Shown here: one piece after another, positions 28,019 through 37,875 of the stretch
Position numbering within the stretch: the stretch's first letter is position 1
Layout of the letters: the number at the start of each line of letters is the position of its first letter
Assembly: GCA_029821635.1 (NCBI GenBank)
Contig: JALGSW010000003.1
Location: 7,650 to 71,649 of the forward strand
From: Candidatus Zipacnadia bacterium
GTDB taxonomy: Bacteria > Armatimonadota > Zipacnadia > Zipacnadales > UBA5352
Direction of reading: 5' to 3'
Length of the DNA stretch: 64,000 nt
Position numbers and translations under genes: made by a program
The notes under the pieces: generated by a model
Databases searched by the model: none
The model's input: only the letters and a program-made list of their open reading frames with translations
Told to the model about the DNA's origin: nothing

Positions 28019-28636
28019 ATGGCCGATAACGCCGGACGGCTGGACGAGCTGCTGATTGCGCTGGCGGACGCGAGCGAGCGTCTGCGCGCGTGGCAGGCCG
28101 ACCTGAACGCATGGATGCGCCGGCGCCTCGCGGAAGGCATGGCCGGACAGGAGGCCATCGCGGGGATGATCGACCGGCAGAGGCAGCAGATCGCCGAGGG
28201 CGGCGCGCCGGTGGACTCCGCGCGCTTGGACGAGGAGTTGATCGAGCTCGCCGAGCTCTATGCACAGCTTCCCGATGCCGAACGCGAGCGCGTCCGGTCG
28301 GGGTTGCGGGAGATGCGGCAGGTGCGCTCGCAGATATACGGCACGATCCATTCGATGGCCCGGCGCCTGCGCGAGACGCGCGATGACCGCTGGCTGGATG
28401 CGGGGCTGGCGATGGCGGCGATCGAGGGCGGGTACCTCGACTTCCGCGATCTCTACGTGGCGCTCGGGGAGTTGTGGCTGGCGGCCGAGGCGGTGCGCAT
28501 CCGCCCGGCCAAACGCTTCACGAAGGCTGCGGAGATGGCCGGCGAGGAGCGGGACAGCCTCAATCACTGCGGACACAACCTGCTGCTGGCCTTCCCGCAC
28601 TCCGCGCACCTGCACTCGATCAAGCAGAAACGCTGA
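28019..28636 (+). CDS. Hypothetical all-alpha protein
   Basis: GAGGAGG RBS, fills the gap within an operon, GC-biased third codon positions. No family recognised. Confidence 0.7.
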   Translation: MADNAGRLDELLIALADASERLRAWQADLNAWMRRRLAEGMAGQEAIAGMIDRQRQQIAEGGAPVDSARLDEELIELAELYAQLPDAERERVRSGLREMRQVRSQIYGTIHSMARRLRETRDDRWLDAGLAMAAIEGGYLDFRDLYVALGELWLAAEAVRIRPAKRFTKAAEMAGEERDSLNHCGHNLLLAFPHSAHLHSIKQKR

Positions 28637-28659
28637 CCGACGACCTGGGGAGCGAACCG

Positions 28660-29496
28660 ATGGCGATAGATGACGGGGACGACCTTGAGCCGATGAAGCT
28701 GACCACGCTGACCTTCGTAGGCACCGCGAGCTGCACGCCTACCGACGAAGGCGACACCGCCTGCTTCCTCATCAACGGGCACGTGCTCGTTGACTGCGGC
28801 TGGGCGGCGGCGTTGTCGATGTTGGGCAGGCCTGAGTATGATGCGACGATGCTCACTCACGTGCTCCTCACACACTGCCACCAGGACCACTACATGGGCC
28901 TCGCGAGCGTGCTGTTCTACCGCGCCATGCAGGCGGCGCGGATCGGGACCGATGAGCCGCTCACCATCGCGGGGCCCGCGGAGGACATCGAACGGATCGT
29001 CGATCTTACGCTCGACTTCATCATGGCCGACCGGCTTGCCGAGCGCTGCCCGCGGCCGGAAATTGTGCCCCTGACCGCGGGGGATGGGTTGCGCGCGGGA
29101 GAGCTCGACATCCAGACCGCGGCTACGAAGCACGCCATCCCGAGCCTTGCGTACCGCCTGCTGGACATGGAAACCGGCGTCGGCATCGGCATCTCCGGCG
29201 ACACGGCCTACCTGCCGGAGCTTGCGCCGTTCTTCAGCGGCGTGGATCACCTCGTGATGGAGGGCTCCACGGGCCTGACAGACCCGCCCGCCGGCAGCCC
29301 CACCGGCCACCAGAGCATCCTCCAAGCCGCCCGCGTCGCGAAGGCGGCGGGCGTGGAGACGCTCTCGATCGTGCACACCGACATGAGGCGACGCGAGGAG
29401 TTCGAGCGTGCGGCCTCCGAGATATTCCCGGGCGTGCACCTTCCGTGGCCCGGCGAGCAGCACAACCTGGAGGATCGCTCAAGCGACCCGTATTGA
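28660..29496 (+). CDS. MBL-fold metallo-hydrolase (RNase Z/BN-like)
   Basis: LTFVGTAS, LVDCG, THCHQDH (HxHxDH), TKHAIPS, SGDT, GH, IVH. Alternative start at 28693. Confidence 0.85.
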   Translation: MAIDDGDDLEPMKLTTLTFVGTASCTPTDEGDTACFLINGHVLVDCGWAAALSMLGRPEYDATMLTHVLLTHCHQDHYMGLASVLFYRAMQAARIGTDEPLTIAGPAEDIERIVDLTLDFIMADRLAERCPRPEIVPLTAGDGLRAGELDIQTAATKHAIPSLAYRLLDMETGVGIGISGDTAYLPELAPFFSGVDHLVMEGSTGLTDPPAGSPTGHQSILQAARVAKAAGVETLSIVHTDMRRREEFERAASEIFPGVHLPWPGEQHNLEDRSSDPY

Positions 29497-29525
29497 TTTC
29501 GTCGAAGGTGACTGGGGATGAGCTC

Positions 29526-30644
29526 ATGACCACTCGCGAACGGTTCCTGGCCATCGTCAACTTCGAGCGGCCCGACTATGTGCCCTACTGGTACGCGCCC
29601 GGCATCGGCATCGCGCATGTCGAGACGGTAGAGCGCTGGTGCGCCGAGGAGAGCTACCCGAGCGACTACGAGTCCCTCGTTGAGTTCTGGGGCGCAGAGA
29701 AGTACTACCAGATCCCGCTGCACACCGGATTCGTGCCGGCCTTCGAAGTCGAGCGGGTCGATCTCGGCAACGGGTACATCGAGGTGCGCCAGCACAAAGC
29801 GTGCGTCCGCGAGCGCGCGGACAACTCCACGAAGTACGCCATGCCCCAGTTCTGCACGGCTATGTTCGAGGATCGGCGCGATTTCGAGGAGCACATGCAC
29901 CCGCGGCTCGACCCGGCGCATCCCGACCGTGGCCACCCGCTCGTGCCCGACACGCAGCCCGACGAGCCGGTGCTGGTGAGCTGCCCGAGCTACTGGGGCC
30001 GCCTGCGCGACTGGTTCGGCATCGACCGCATCAGCTACATCATGCAGGACGATCCGGCGCTGGTGAATGAGATCAACCGCGCGACCACCGACCTGTTCCT
30101 CGACCAGGCCGCGTGGGTCGCCGACCGCATCCAGATCGACGCCATCGGCGGTTGGGAGGACATGTGCTACCGAAGCGGAATGCTCATCTCGCCGGACGCG
30201 TTCCGTGAGTTCTGCACGCCCTACTACCGCGAGGTGGCAGACTTCGCTCGCCGCGTCGGGGCTGCGGTGGTGGACATCGACTGCGACGGCGACGTGAGCG
30301 AGTTCGCGCACTGCCTCTGGGAGGCGGGCGTCAACATGTGCCACGCGTTTGAGCCCACGCATGGAGGGTCGGACATCCTGCGCATCGGCCGGGAGCTGCC
30401 CGAGTTCATCGTCTGCGGCGGCCTCGACAAGCACTCGACGGTGGACCCGACAGGCGAGGCGGCCCTGGCGGAGATTGACGCGAAGCTCCCGCCGATGCTC
30501 GAGCGTGGCGGCTACCTGCCGAGCATCGACCACGGGCTGCCGCCGATCTGCCACTACGGGGCGTTCTGGCAGTTCATGAACCGCATCCGCGAGCACTGCG
30601 GCGCCCCGGAGGCGCCGTTCCAGCGCGTCGGCCCGCCCGAATGA
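29526..30644 (+). CDS. Uroporphyrinogen decarboxylase family TIM-barrel protein
   Basis: MTTRERFLA...DYVP, WEDMCYRSGMLISP, IDCDGD, GGLDK, GGYLPSIDH. Confidence 0.85.
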   Translation: MTTRERFLAIVNFERPDYVPYWYAPGIGIAHVETVERWCAEESYPSDYESLVEFWGAEKYYQIPLHTGFVPAFEVERVDLGNGYIEVRQHKACVRERADNSTKYAMPQFCTAMFEDRRDFEEHMHPRLDPAHPDRGHPLVPDTQPDEPVLVSCPSYWGRLRDWFGIDRISYIMQDDPALVNEINRATTDLFLDQAAWVADRIQIDAIGGWEDMCYRSGMLISPDAFREFCTPYYREVADFARRVGAAVVDIDCDGDVSEFAHCLWEAGVNMCHAFEPTHGGSDILRIGRELPEFIVCGGLDKHSTVDPTGEAALAEIDAKLPPMLERGGYLPSIDHGLPPICHYGAFWQFMNRIREHCGAPEAPFQRVGPPE

Positions 30645-30714
30645 CGGAGGGCTCGCGGGACGCGCCACGAAGTGAGGAACCAGCCGACACAGATCCACGA
30701 GGGAGGCGCGCAGG

Positions 30715-31689
30715 ATGGAGTACCGCAACCTGGGCAAGTGGGGCGTGAAGCTCAGCACGATCGGACTGGGCAGCTACCTGACCATCGGCATGCACGTCGA
30801 TGACGAGACGGCCGCCGAGTGCGTGAAGGTCGCGTTCGACGGCGGCATCAACTGGATCGACACCGCCAACGCGTACAACCGCGGGCAGGCCGAGATCGCG
30901 CTGGGGAAGATACTGCAGGACTACGAGCGCGATGACTACGTGCTCGCCACGAAGGTCTGGGCGCCGATGGGCGATGGCCCCAACGACCGCGGCCTCTCGG
31001 CCAAGCACGTCTGCGAGCAGTGCCACGCGTCGCTGCAGCGCCTGCAGACCGACTACATCGACCTCTATCAGTGCCACCGGCCGGACCCGGAGACGCCGCT
31101 GGAGGAGACCATCCGCATCATGGACGACCTCTCGCGGCAGGGCAAGGTCCTCTACTGGGGCGTGAGCGAGTGGCCCGCGGCGATGATCCAGGAGGCCTGC
31201 GACCTCGCGAAGGCGATGGGCTGCCGCCCGCCGGTGTCGAACCAGCCGCGCTACTCACTGATGTGGCGCGAGCCGGAGGAGCAGGTCTACCCAACCTGCC
31301 TGCACAACGGCCTCGGCAACGTGGTCTTCTCACCGCTCGCGCACGGGGTCCTCACCGGCAAGTATGAGCCGGGGCAGGCGCCGGCGGAGGGCACGCGCGC
31401 GGCCGACGATACGCAGAATAGCATCATGCTGGACCTCTACTTCAGCGACCAGCAGCTCCGCACGGTCCAGCAGATGAAGGAGATGGCCGGCGACCTCGGC
31501 CTGACCTGCGCGCAGCTCGCGATGGCGTGGTGCCTCAAGCACCCCGCGGTCACCTCAGTCATCAGCGGCGTGACGAAGGTCAGCCAGCTCCAGGACAACA
31601 TCGGCGCCGCGGAGGCCGACATCCCGGATGACGTCTATCAGAAGCTCTGCGAGATGTTCCCCGGCGCGGCGGAGAGCGACGCGCCGTGA
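30715..31689 (+). CDS. Aldo/keto reductase (Kv-beta/Tas-like)
   Basis: MEYRNLG, IDTANAY, LATKV, DYIDLYQCH, YWGVSEW, SPLAHGVLTGKY. Confidence 0.93.
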   Translation: MEYRNLGKWGVKLSTIGLGSYLTIGMHVDDETAAECVKVAFDGGINWIDTANAYNRGQAEIALGKILQDYERDDYVLATKVWAPMGDGPNDRGLSAKHVCEQCHASLQRLQTDYIDLYQCHRPDPETPLEETIRIMDDLSRQGKVLYWGVSEWPAAMIQEACDLAKAMGCRPPVSNQPRYSLMWREPEEQVYPTCLHNGLGNVVFSPLAHGVLTGKYEPGQAPAEGTRAADDTQNSIMLDLYFSDQQLRTVQQMKEMAGDLGLTCAQLAMAWCLKHPAVTSVISGVTKVSQLQDNIGAAEADIPDDVYQKLCEMFPGAAESDAP

Positions 31690-31703
31690 GCATCGTTCTC
31701 GTT

Positions 31704-31727
31704 GACAGGCTGGAAAGCCTGTCCTAC
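31704..31727 (-). repeat. REP-like palindrome (class A)
   Basis: Minus strand reads GTAG-GACAGGC-TTTCCA-GCCTGTC. Its TAG is the stop codon of CDS 31724-33139. Confidence 0.72.
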
Positions 31728-33139
31728 TGCACGTCCTCAGGAGCCACGTCGCGCACGGGGACGAACTCGGTGCTGATGGCGTCTTCGGTGCAGTGGAAGA
31801 GCCGGTAGCCGCGCGCGGTGGTGCCGTCGAAGTTCACGCGCGTGACAGCGAGGCAGGCGGTCGTGGTGAAGAGCACGCCATCGACCGTCTCCTCGTGGTT
31901 GGCGTGATGGTGGGCGCCGAGGACGGCCTTGAGGTTGTGCCCGGCGAACAGCGCCAACACCTCATCGGCCCCCGCCAGCCGCAGGCCGCCGTTCGGCGCG
32001 AGCGGATGGTGCGAGCACAGCATCATCGGCTGCTCAGCGTCGGTCTCAGCCAGCACGTCGCGCAGCCACTGCATCCGCTCCTCGTCGATGGGCGTGGCGT
32101 CGCCCGGGTTCGAGTCGAGCATGATGAACTTCCAGCCGGCGAACTCGAAGGTGTACGTCAACTCCCCGAACTCCTGCTCGTAGAAGCCCCCGCGCTGATC
32201 GTGGTTGCCGCGCACCGTGTGGCGCGGGCGCTGCAGCCGCGCCAGCGCCATCCGGGCGAGCGCCATCTCATCGCTGCCGGAGTACTGCGTCAGATCGCCG
32301 AGCCACAGGCTGAAGGCCACGCGCTCATCGGCGTTGATGGCGTCCACGCCATCATTGACGATCTCCACGCTCTTCGTGTCGGTCAGGTGCGTATCGCTGG
32401 CCTGGGCAAAGCTGAACTCGCGAGAGAGCGGATGGTCGGCCTGCCACTGCGCCCAGTCTGCCGCCAGTTCGGCGGCCGGGAGTGCCCGCTCGTGGACCTG
32501 CGCGGCCGCGATGCCTCCGCAGAACCACCCGCTGAGGTTGGAGTAGGCGCCAATCGTCAGCGGCGTGGCCGGCTCCGAGACGATCGTTCCGGCAAGCGGC
32601 GCCTCGCGCACACACTCGCCATCCACGAAGAGCCGCACGTAGCTCCCGTCCCACGTCAGCGCGAGGTGATGCCAGCCGGGCGTGGCGGGCGCGGTGATGC
32701 CTGCCTGCCCGGCAGTGGTGGCCAGGCGCCCCGCCCAGTTGCCCTGCGGGTCGGTCAGGATGCCAAAAACATCGCCGGCGGGGCCGCCGTAGTTGTCCCG
32801 CGCGATGATACCGGCGTAGGCTGGCTGCGTGTTCGTGTGATGCACGACCGCCGCCAGTGTGAGCGCCGACCAGCCATCACCCAGGGCGGGGCCCGTGACG
32901 CGCACGTCCGGTCCGGTGCGCAGCAGCGTGCGGCCCATGTAGTCCTCGAGGGAAGCCCCGGAGACGCTCAGCGCGTTACCGTTGCCCGATGCGTCCGGGA
33001 CCTGTCCGCCATCGAGGGCGCTCAGGTCCCACGAGGCGACGGGCGCGTCCGCCGCGAACGCGAGAGGCGCGGCGACGAGCAGCAGTGCGATGATTGAGGC
33101 GACTGTGGCGCGACAGCTCGCGCGTTTGGGCCTGCTCAT
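31724..33139 (-). CDS. Secreted LamG/concanavalin-like domain plus metallophosphoesterase
   Basis: DASGNGN, GWHHLALTWDG...LFVDG (LamG). SDTH, GDL, GNHD, HHP and AHHH (calcineurin-like). Confidence 0.85.
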   Translation of the reverse strand: MSRPKRASCRATVASIIALLLVAAPLAFAADAPVASWDLSALDGGQVPDASGNGNALSVSGASLEDYMGRTLLRTGPDVRVTGPALGDGWSALTLAAVVHHTNTQPAYAGIIARDNYGGPAGDVFGILTDPQGNWAGRLATTAGQAGITAPATPGWHHLALTWDGSYVRLFVDGECVREAPLAGTIVSEPATPLTIGAYSNLSGWFCGGIAAAQVHERALPAAELAADWAQWQADHPLSREFSFAQASDTHLTDTKSVEIVNDGVDAINADERVAFSLWLGDLTQYSGSDEMALARMALARLQRPRHTVRGNHDQRGGFYEQEFGELTYTFEFAGWKFIMLDSNPGDATPIDEERMQWLRDVLAETDAEQPMMLCSHHPLAPNGGLRLAGADEVLALFAGHNLKAVLGAHHHANHEETVDGVLFTTTACLAVTRVNFDGTTARGYRLFHCTEDAISTEFVPVRDVAPEDVQ

Positions 33140-33232
33140 GAGATGCGTGGGTCCTTTCGGCTGCACGCCCCGTGCGTGCAGGGCTTCGTGCGCGCTCCGG
33201 CGAACTGCCCGCCGAGATCGCGCACCAGGGAG

Positions 33233-34195
33233 ATGATGACCGTGGCCTTGTCGGTATCATACATCGGCGCGGGCGGCTTTTCCAGCCGCCTCATTCATCC
33301 GCAGCTCGGCCGGCACGATGTTCGACTCGCGGCGATCTGCGACCTCGACGAGGCCCGGGCGCAGAAGGCCGCGGCCTGTCACGGCTTCGAGCACGTCTAC
33401 ACCGACTTCTGCGCGATGCTCGAGTGCGAGGAGCCGGACGCCGTCTTCTGCGTGGGGCCGCAGGCGATGCAGTACGAGATCGGCCTGCAGGTGCTGCGCG
33501 CGGGCTTCCCGCTCTACGTGCAGAAGCCCGCGGCGATCTCCTCCGAGCGCACGCGGGAGATGGCGGATGCCGCGCAGGAGGCGGGCGTGGCCTGCCACGT
33601 CGGCTACAACCTGCGCTCGGCCCCGGCGTCCAGGCGGACGAGTCAGGCGATCGCGAGCGGCGAGTTCGGCGTGCCCACGCTGGGCATTTTCCGCTACGGG
33701 CTGATGAGCCGCCCGGTCTGGCGCGACGCGATCCTCGACCAGCACGTGCACGCGATCGACCTGCTGCTGCACCTGCTGGGCGACTGGCGCAGCGCGCAGG
33801 TCACGCCGATCCTGCAGGAGGGCACGCGCGGTTATGCCGCCGGGATCGCGATGGAGAGCGGCTGCGCGGCGTCCCTGTGCACCACGCGGGAGATGGATGC
33901 GAGCGACGAGTTCATCGCCTTCGAGATCACCGGCAGCGACGGGCACTCCGTCTTCAGCCACGACGGCGACCTGCGCTACCACCGACCGGGAGCCGACGAT
34001 GTGCTGATGCGCGCGGGAACATGGAACCCGCAGCGGCTGATCGACTGGTGGGGCTACTTCGACGACGTCGCGAGCTTCTTCGCGGCGGTGCGCGGTGAGG
34101 CCGAGGACATCTGCCCGATCGCCGACACGATCCGCACGATGGAGCTTGCCGAAGAGATCGTACGATTGTGCTATGAGGGAGGCGCGCGCGAGTGA
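33233..34195 (+). CDS. Gfo/Idh/MocA family oxidoreductase
   Basis: YIGAGGF, AAICDLD, YVQKP, VGYNLR, DQHVHAID. Confidence 0.88.
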   Translation: MMTVALSVSYIGAGGFSSRLIHPQLGRHDVRLAAICDLDEARAQKAAACHGFEHVYTDFCAMLECEEPDAVFCVGPQAMQYEIGLQVLRAGFPLYVQKPAAISSERTREMADAAQEAGVACHVGYNLRSAPASRRTSQAIASGEFGVPTLGIFRYGLMSRPVWRDAILDQHVHAIDLLLHLLGDWRSAQVTPILQEGTRGYAAGIAMESGCAASLCTTREMDASDEFIAFEITGSDGHSVFSHDGDLRYHRPGADDVLMRAGTWNPQRLIDWWGYFDDVASFFAAVRGEAEDICPIADTIRTMELAEEIVRLCYEGGARE

Positions 34196-35055
34196 AGTTC
34201 TCCGCGATCATCCACGCCATGACCTTTGACGGTCAGGACGCGCTGTCGCTGCCTGAGGCCTGCGCGACGCTGCGCGAGTGCGGCTTCGAGGGCGTCATGC
34301 TCATGTCCATCCCAGGCAGGCCGGCACTCACCGCGGGCAGCGTCCCCGACGCCTGCCTGCTGGACCTCGCGAACTCCGACCTCGACGCCGTGAAGCGCAT
34401 GGTGGCGGACGAGGGTCTCGAGATCGTTGGCCTCTACTGCTCGGGGATTGACCCGAGTTCGTCCGACGCCTTCGACGCAAGCGTCGCGAGCCTCCGCGAC
34501 GGGGCGCGCGTCGCCCGCGAGTTGGGCTGCCACCACCTCGGCCACGGCGGCGGGCGCGCGCCCAGCCCGGGCCTGGCGGTCGAGGCGAAGCTGTCGCTCG
34601 TGCAGCGCCTGGCGGCGATCGTCGATGCGGTCGCGGATGAGTTCGACGAGACGCTCTTCGCGGTGGATGCGCACTACCACGGCGTCATCGAGAGCCTCGC
34701 CGACTGTGAGCGCTACATCGCGGCACTCTCGTCCCCGCGCGGGGGCGTTCTGCTCAACACCGGGCACATGACCACCTGCGGGCAGGATGGCTGGGAGCTG
34801 GTCGAGCGCCGGCCCGAGCGCGTACCGGTGATCGGCTGGAAGGACCACCGGCCGGACCCGGAGGGCAAGCGGCCGTTACTGTCCGTCGAGCTGGGCACGG
34901 GCGACACGCCGCTGGGGCGCTACGTAGAGGCCGCGCGCGGCCAGCATGCCGACCGGGCGCATGTGATCAACGTCGAGCACGCCCCGATGGCGGACAAGGC
35001 CGCGGCTCTGAGCGCGAGCCTGAGCTACCTGCGATCGCTGCGCGACGGGGCATGA
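34192..35055 (+). CDS. Sugar phosphate isomerase/epimerase TIM-barrel protein
   Basis: AVDAHY, LNTGH, GWKD, ELGTGD, NVEH. GTGA overlap with the upstream gene. Confidence 0.75.
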   Translation: MKFSAIIHAMTFDGQDALSLPEACATLRECGFEGVMLMSIPGRPALTAGSVPDACLLDLANSDLDAVKRMVADEGLEIVGLYCSGIDPSSSDAFDASVASLRDGARVARELGCHHLGHGGGRAPSPGLAVEAKLSLVQRLAAIVDAVADEFDETLFAVDAHYHGVIESLADCERYIAALSSPRGGVLLNTGHMTTCGQDGWELVERRPERVPVIGWKDHRPDPEGKRPLLSVELGTGDTPLGRYVEAARGQHADRAHVINVEHAPMADKAAALSASLSYLRSLRDGA

Positions 35056-35149
35056 GGGCCGGGCGGGGCGCCGCCCGGCGCAGCTTCCACGCTCGCCAGG
35101 TGTTGCCCCGGAACGCGCGTCGGGAGGCCGGAGTGAGCCCCTGCACGCG

Positions 35150-35178
35150 TTGACTTTCTGCCCCCCATCGCCTATCCT
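35150..35178 (+). promoter_or_regulatory. sigma70-type promoter for the capA-PPIase-GNAT unit
   Basis: TTGACT-17 bp-TATCCT, 63 nt upstream of the CDS. Confidence 0.7.
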
Positions 35179-35241
35179 GTCCATCAGACGAGACGCTCGC
35201 GGGGCAGCACTCAATCTTCCCGGGCAACAGAGGATCCCGCC

Positions 35242-36423
35242 TTGCCCCCCGGAGTTCTGACACGATTTGCCGCGCCCATTCTCCTCGCGCTCGCCGTCCT
35301 CTCCGGCGGCTGCGCGTGGCTCAACGGCTCGACCTCGGAGGCCACCGCCGCGGGCACCGTCACAGGCGCCGATGGTCTCGTGGAGGCCCCGGCGCCCGAG
35401 CCCGAGCCGCGCAGCTTCACGATGGTTGCTGTCGGTGATGTCATGCTCGACCGCGGCGTCTGGCGCAGTATCCAGTCCGGCGGGTACCAGCGAATCCTGG
35501 AGAAGGTCCGCGACGACCTTCGCTCCGCCGACATCACCTTCGCGAACCTCGAGTGCCCGCTGGCCACCTCCGGCGCGCACGCGCCGACGGACTGCATCTT
35601 CCGCGCGGACCCGCGGGCCGTCGATGTGCTGCTCGACGGTGGCATCGACGTCGTTACCATCGCGAACAACCACACGCTCGATGCGGGCACCTCCGGTCTG
35701 ATGGAGACGCTCGACAACCTCGACCGCGCCGGCGTCGCCTACTGCGGCGCCGCCCGCGAGCGGGAGGACGCGTGGCAGCCCTGCCGCTTCGAGGTGCGCG
35801 GCGTCATGCTCGGCTTCATCGGATGCACCGACCTGAGCTTCCAGCACGGGAGCTGGTGCAAGGTCGATTCCGAGCTGACGGAGTTCGCGCAGCACGTGCG
35901 GGACGCGAAGGAGCAGTGCGACCTGCTCATCGTCACCGTGCACTGGGGGAACGAGTACCAGAAGCAGCCGACGCAGCGCCAGCGGGACGTCGCGGGAGCC
36001 GCGATCGAGGCCGGAGCCGACCTCGTGATCGGCCACCATCCGCACACGCTTCAGGGCGTGGGGGAGCACCTCGGCGCGCCGATCCTCTACAGCGCCGGGA
36101 ACTTCGTCTTCGACCAGCGCGAAGGCGAGCGCATGGAGAGCGCGATCTTCCACCTCACCTGGGTCGAGGACGAGGGTTGGACGATCAGGATGGTCCCGGT
36201 CTGGATTCCGCGCTCACGCTGCGGGCCGATCTATCCAGAGCCGAGCCGGGCGGCGAAGATCATCGAGCGCCTCGCGACGCTTTCGGCGAACCTTGGCGTG
36301 CCGGTGACTGTCAGAGACAACGAGGGAGAGGCGTTCATCCCCGCGGCGAGTCCGACCGAAGCCGCGGGAGAAGTCGCGCCCGCTTCCGAACATCCGTCGG
36401 CCGCTGCGGCGGTCGACGGCTGA
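35242..36423 (+). CDS. CapA family (poly-gamma-glutamate synthesis/metallophosphatase-like) protein, probable lipoprotein
   Basis: VGDVML, FANLE, TIANNHTLD, VHWGNEY, IGHHPH, YSAGNFVF. Hydrophobic leader ending GGC. TTG start uncertain. Confidence 0.88.
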   Translation: MPPGVLTRFAAPILLALAVLSGGCAWLNGSTSEATAAGTVTGADGLVEAPAPEPEPRSFTMVAVGDVMLDRGVWRSIQSGGYQRILEKVRDDLRSADITFANLECPLATSGAHAPTDCIFRADPRAVDVLLDGGIDVVTIANNHTLDAGTSGLMETLDNLDRAGVAYCGAAREREDAWQPCRFEVRGVMLGFIGCTDLSFQHGSWCKVDSELTEFAQHVRDAKEQCDLLIVTVHWGNEYQKQPTQRQRDVAGAAIEAGADLVIGHHPHTLQGVGEHLGAPILYSAGNFVFDQREGERMESAIFHLTWVEDEGWTIRMVPVWIPRSRCGPIYPEPSRAAKIIERLATLSANLGVPVTVRDNEGEAFIPAASPTEAAGEVAPASEHPSAAAAVDG

Positions 36424-36465
36424 AGGCCACCCCCGCCCCGAGTGGGCCGATGTGAGGGAGATCAC

Positions 36466-37368
36466 ATGCAGCACACCCATCGCACCATTGCCGTAGCCAT
36501 CGCACTTATCGTCCTGTTCGGTGCCGCGCCGTGCCTGGCCCAGGGAGACGAAGTCGTCGTGACCGTCAACGGTCAGCCGATCATGTCCGACGTCCTGAAG
36601 AATGAGCTTCTCCGACGCTGGGGCGACATCGCGCTGGGAGCGCTCATCCAGGAGATGGCCGTTGAGCAGGCCGCCCTCGAGGCGGGAGTGAGCGTCACGC
36701 CCGAAGAGATCGAGCAGCGCAAGGACAGCTTCCAGCGCAACATAGACGTGCGAGGCGCCACGACCGGTCAGAACTTCTCGATGTGGCTGGCGCAGCAGAA
36801 GATGACGCCCTACGCCTTCCGCCAGTGGATACGCACCGAGTTGCTGCTCGAGAACATCGTCGGCGATGAGGCCGTGGTGGCCGATGCGGAGGTCGCCGCG
36901 TACTACGACCAGCGGCGCGACCAGTTCCAGCAGCCCGAGCGCATGCGTGTGAGTCACATCTGCGTCAACGAGCGCGCGGAAGCCGAGCGGATCCGCAAGG
37001 AGATCCTCGACGGTAAGCCCTTCGAGCAGGCTGCGGGCGAGTATTCCATCGACCCCTACACCCGCGACGAGGGCGGCGCGTTCGGCATCATCACCCGTGG
37101 GGACAGCCCCTTCCAGAATGGCGCGTTCGCGCTTGAGGGCGACAACCAGATGACCGAGCCGGTCCAGACGCAGAAGGGCTGGCACATCATCCGCCGCGAC
37201 GAGTACCTCCCCGCCTCTACCCCCGGCTTCGATGAGGTAGAGGATCAGATCAGGAGCCAGCTTGAGGGCCAGAAGCTGCTCATGCTCATGAGCAAGAAGC
37301 GCGCGGAAATCATGCAGGACGCACGCGTGGATCACGAGGTCGACCCAACCGACCTCGTCACCAACTGA
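36466..37368 (+). CDS. Peptidyl-prolyl cis-trans isomerase (PrsA/PpiC parvulin-type foldase)
   Basis: Signal peptide, VTVNG, SHICV, FEQAAGEYSID...GG.FG, PVQTQKGWHII. GAGGGAG RBS. Confidence 0.88.
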   Translation: MQHTHRTIAVAIALIVLFGAAPCLAQGDEVVVTVNGQPIMSDVLKNELLRRWGDIALGALIQEMAVEQAALEAGVSVTPEEIEQRKDSFQRNIDVRGATTGQNFSMWLAQQKMTPYAFRQWIRTELLLENIVGDEAVVADAEVAAYYDQRRDQFQQPERMRVSHICVNERAEAERIRKEILDGKPFEQAAGEYSIDPYTRDEGGAFGIITRGDSPFQNGAFALEGDNQMTEPVQTQKGWHIIRRDEYLPASTPGFDEVEDQIRSQLEGQKLLMLMSKKRAEIMQDARVDHEVDPTDLVTN

Positions 37369-37386
37369 CGCCGGGGAGCGATCTTA

Positions 37387-37866
37387 GTGACTCGAACGAT
37401 GCGCGCCGCGACACTCGATGACATGCCTCGCCTGCAGCAGATCGTCCGGGAGGTCTGGGCGATCGGCTCAGACTTCACGCTCGAGGAGAAGTACGGCAGC
37501 GTGGGGGACGAGCGCTGGGACCGATGGCTGCTGCCGAAGGTCATGTCGCGCCTCTGGGATGAGATCGGCAACATCATCGTCACGGAGATCGATGGGGAGA
37601 TCGCGGGCTTCGTCAGCTACGCGATCGACCGGGAGCGCGAGGTCGGCGCGATCCACTACAACGCGGTGGCCACCGGCTTCCAGGGCCACGGCATCGGCAC
37701 CGCCCAGGTCGAGCGCGTGCTGGAGATCTTCCGCGACGCGGGGATGAAGATCGCCTGCGTGGGAACCGGCCTCAACGAAGGCCACGCCCCCGCCCGCCGC
37801 ATGTACGAGAAGGCGGGCTTCGAGCCGGTCATCGAGTACCGCATGTACTCCCGCCCGCTGGACTGA
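37387..37866 (+). CDS. GNAT family N-acetyltransferase
   Basis: AVATGFQGHGIGT acetyl-CoA motif and ARRMYEKAGF. Confidence 0.9.
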   Translation: MTRTMRAATLDDMPRLQQIVREVWAIGSDFTLEEKYGSVGDERWDRWLLPKVMSRLWDEIGNIIVTEIDGEIAGFVSYAIDREREVGAIHYNAVATGFQGHGIGTAQVERVLEIFRDAGMKIACVGTGLNEGHAPARRMYEKAGFEPVIEYRMYSRPLD

Positions 37867-37875
37867 GCCCGGCTG

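Noticed and set aside
28660-29496. MBL-fold protein as a possible defence effector or beta-lactamase
   Set aside because: Its motifs fit the common RNase Z/BN-like hydrolases, and no cyclase or defence genes are adjacent.
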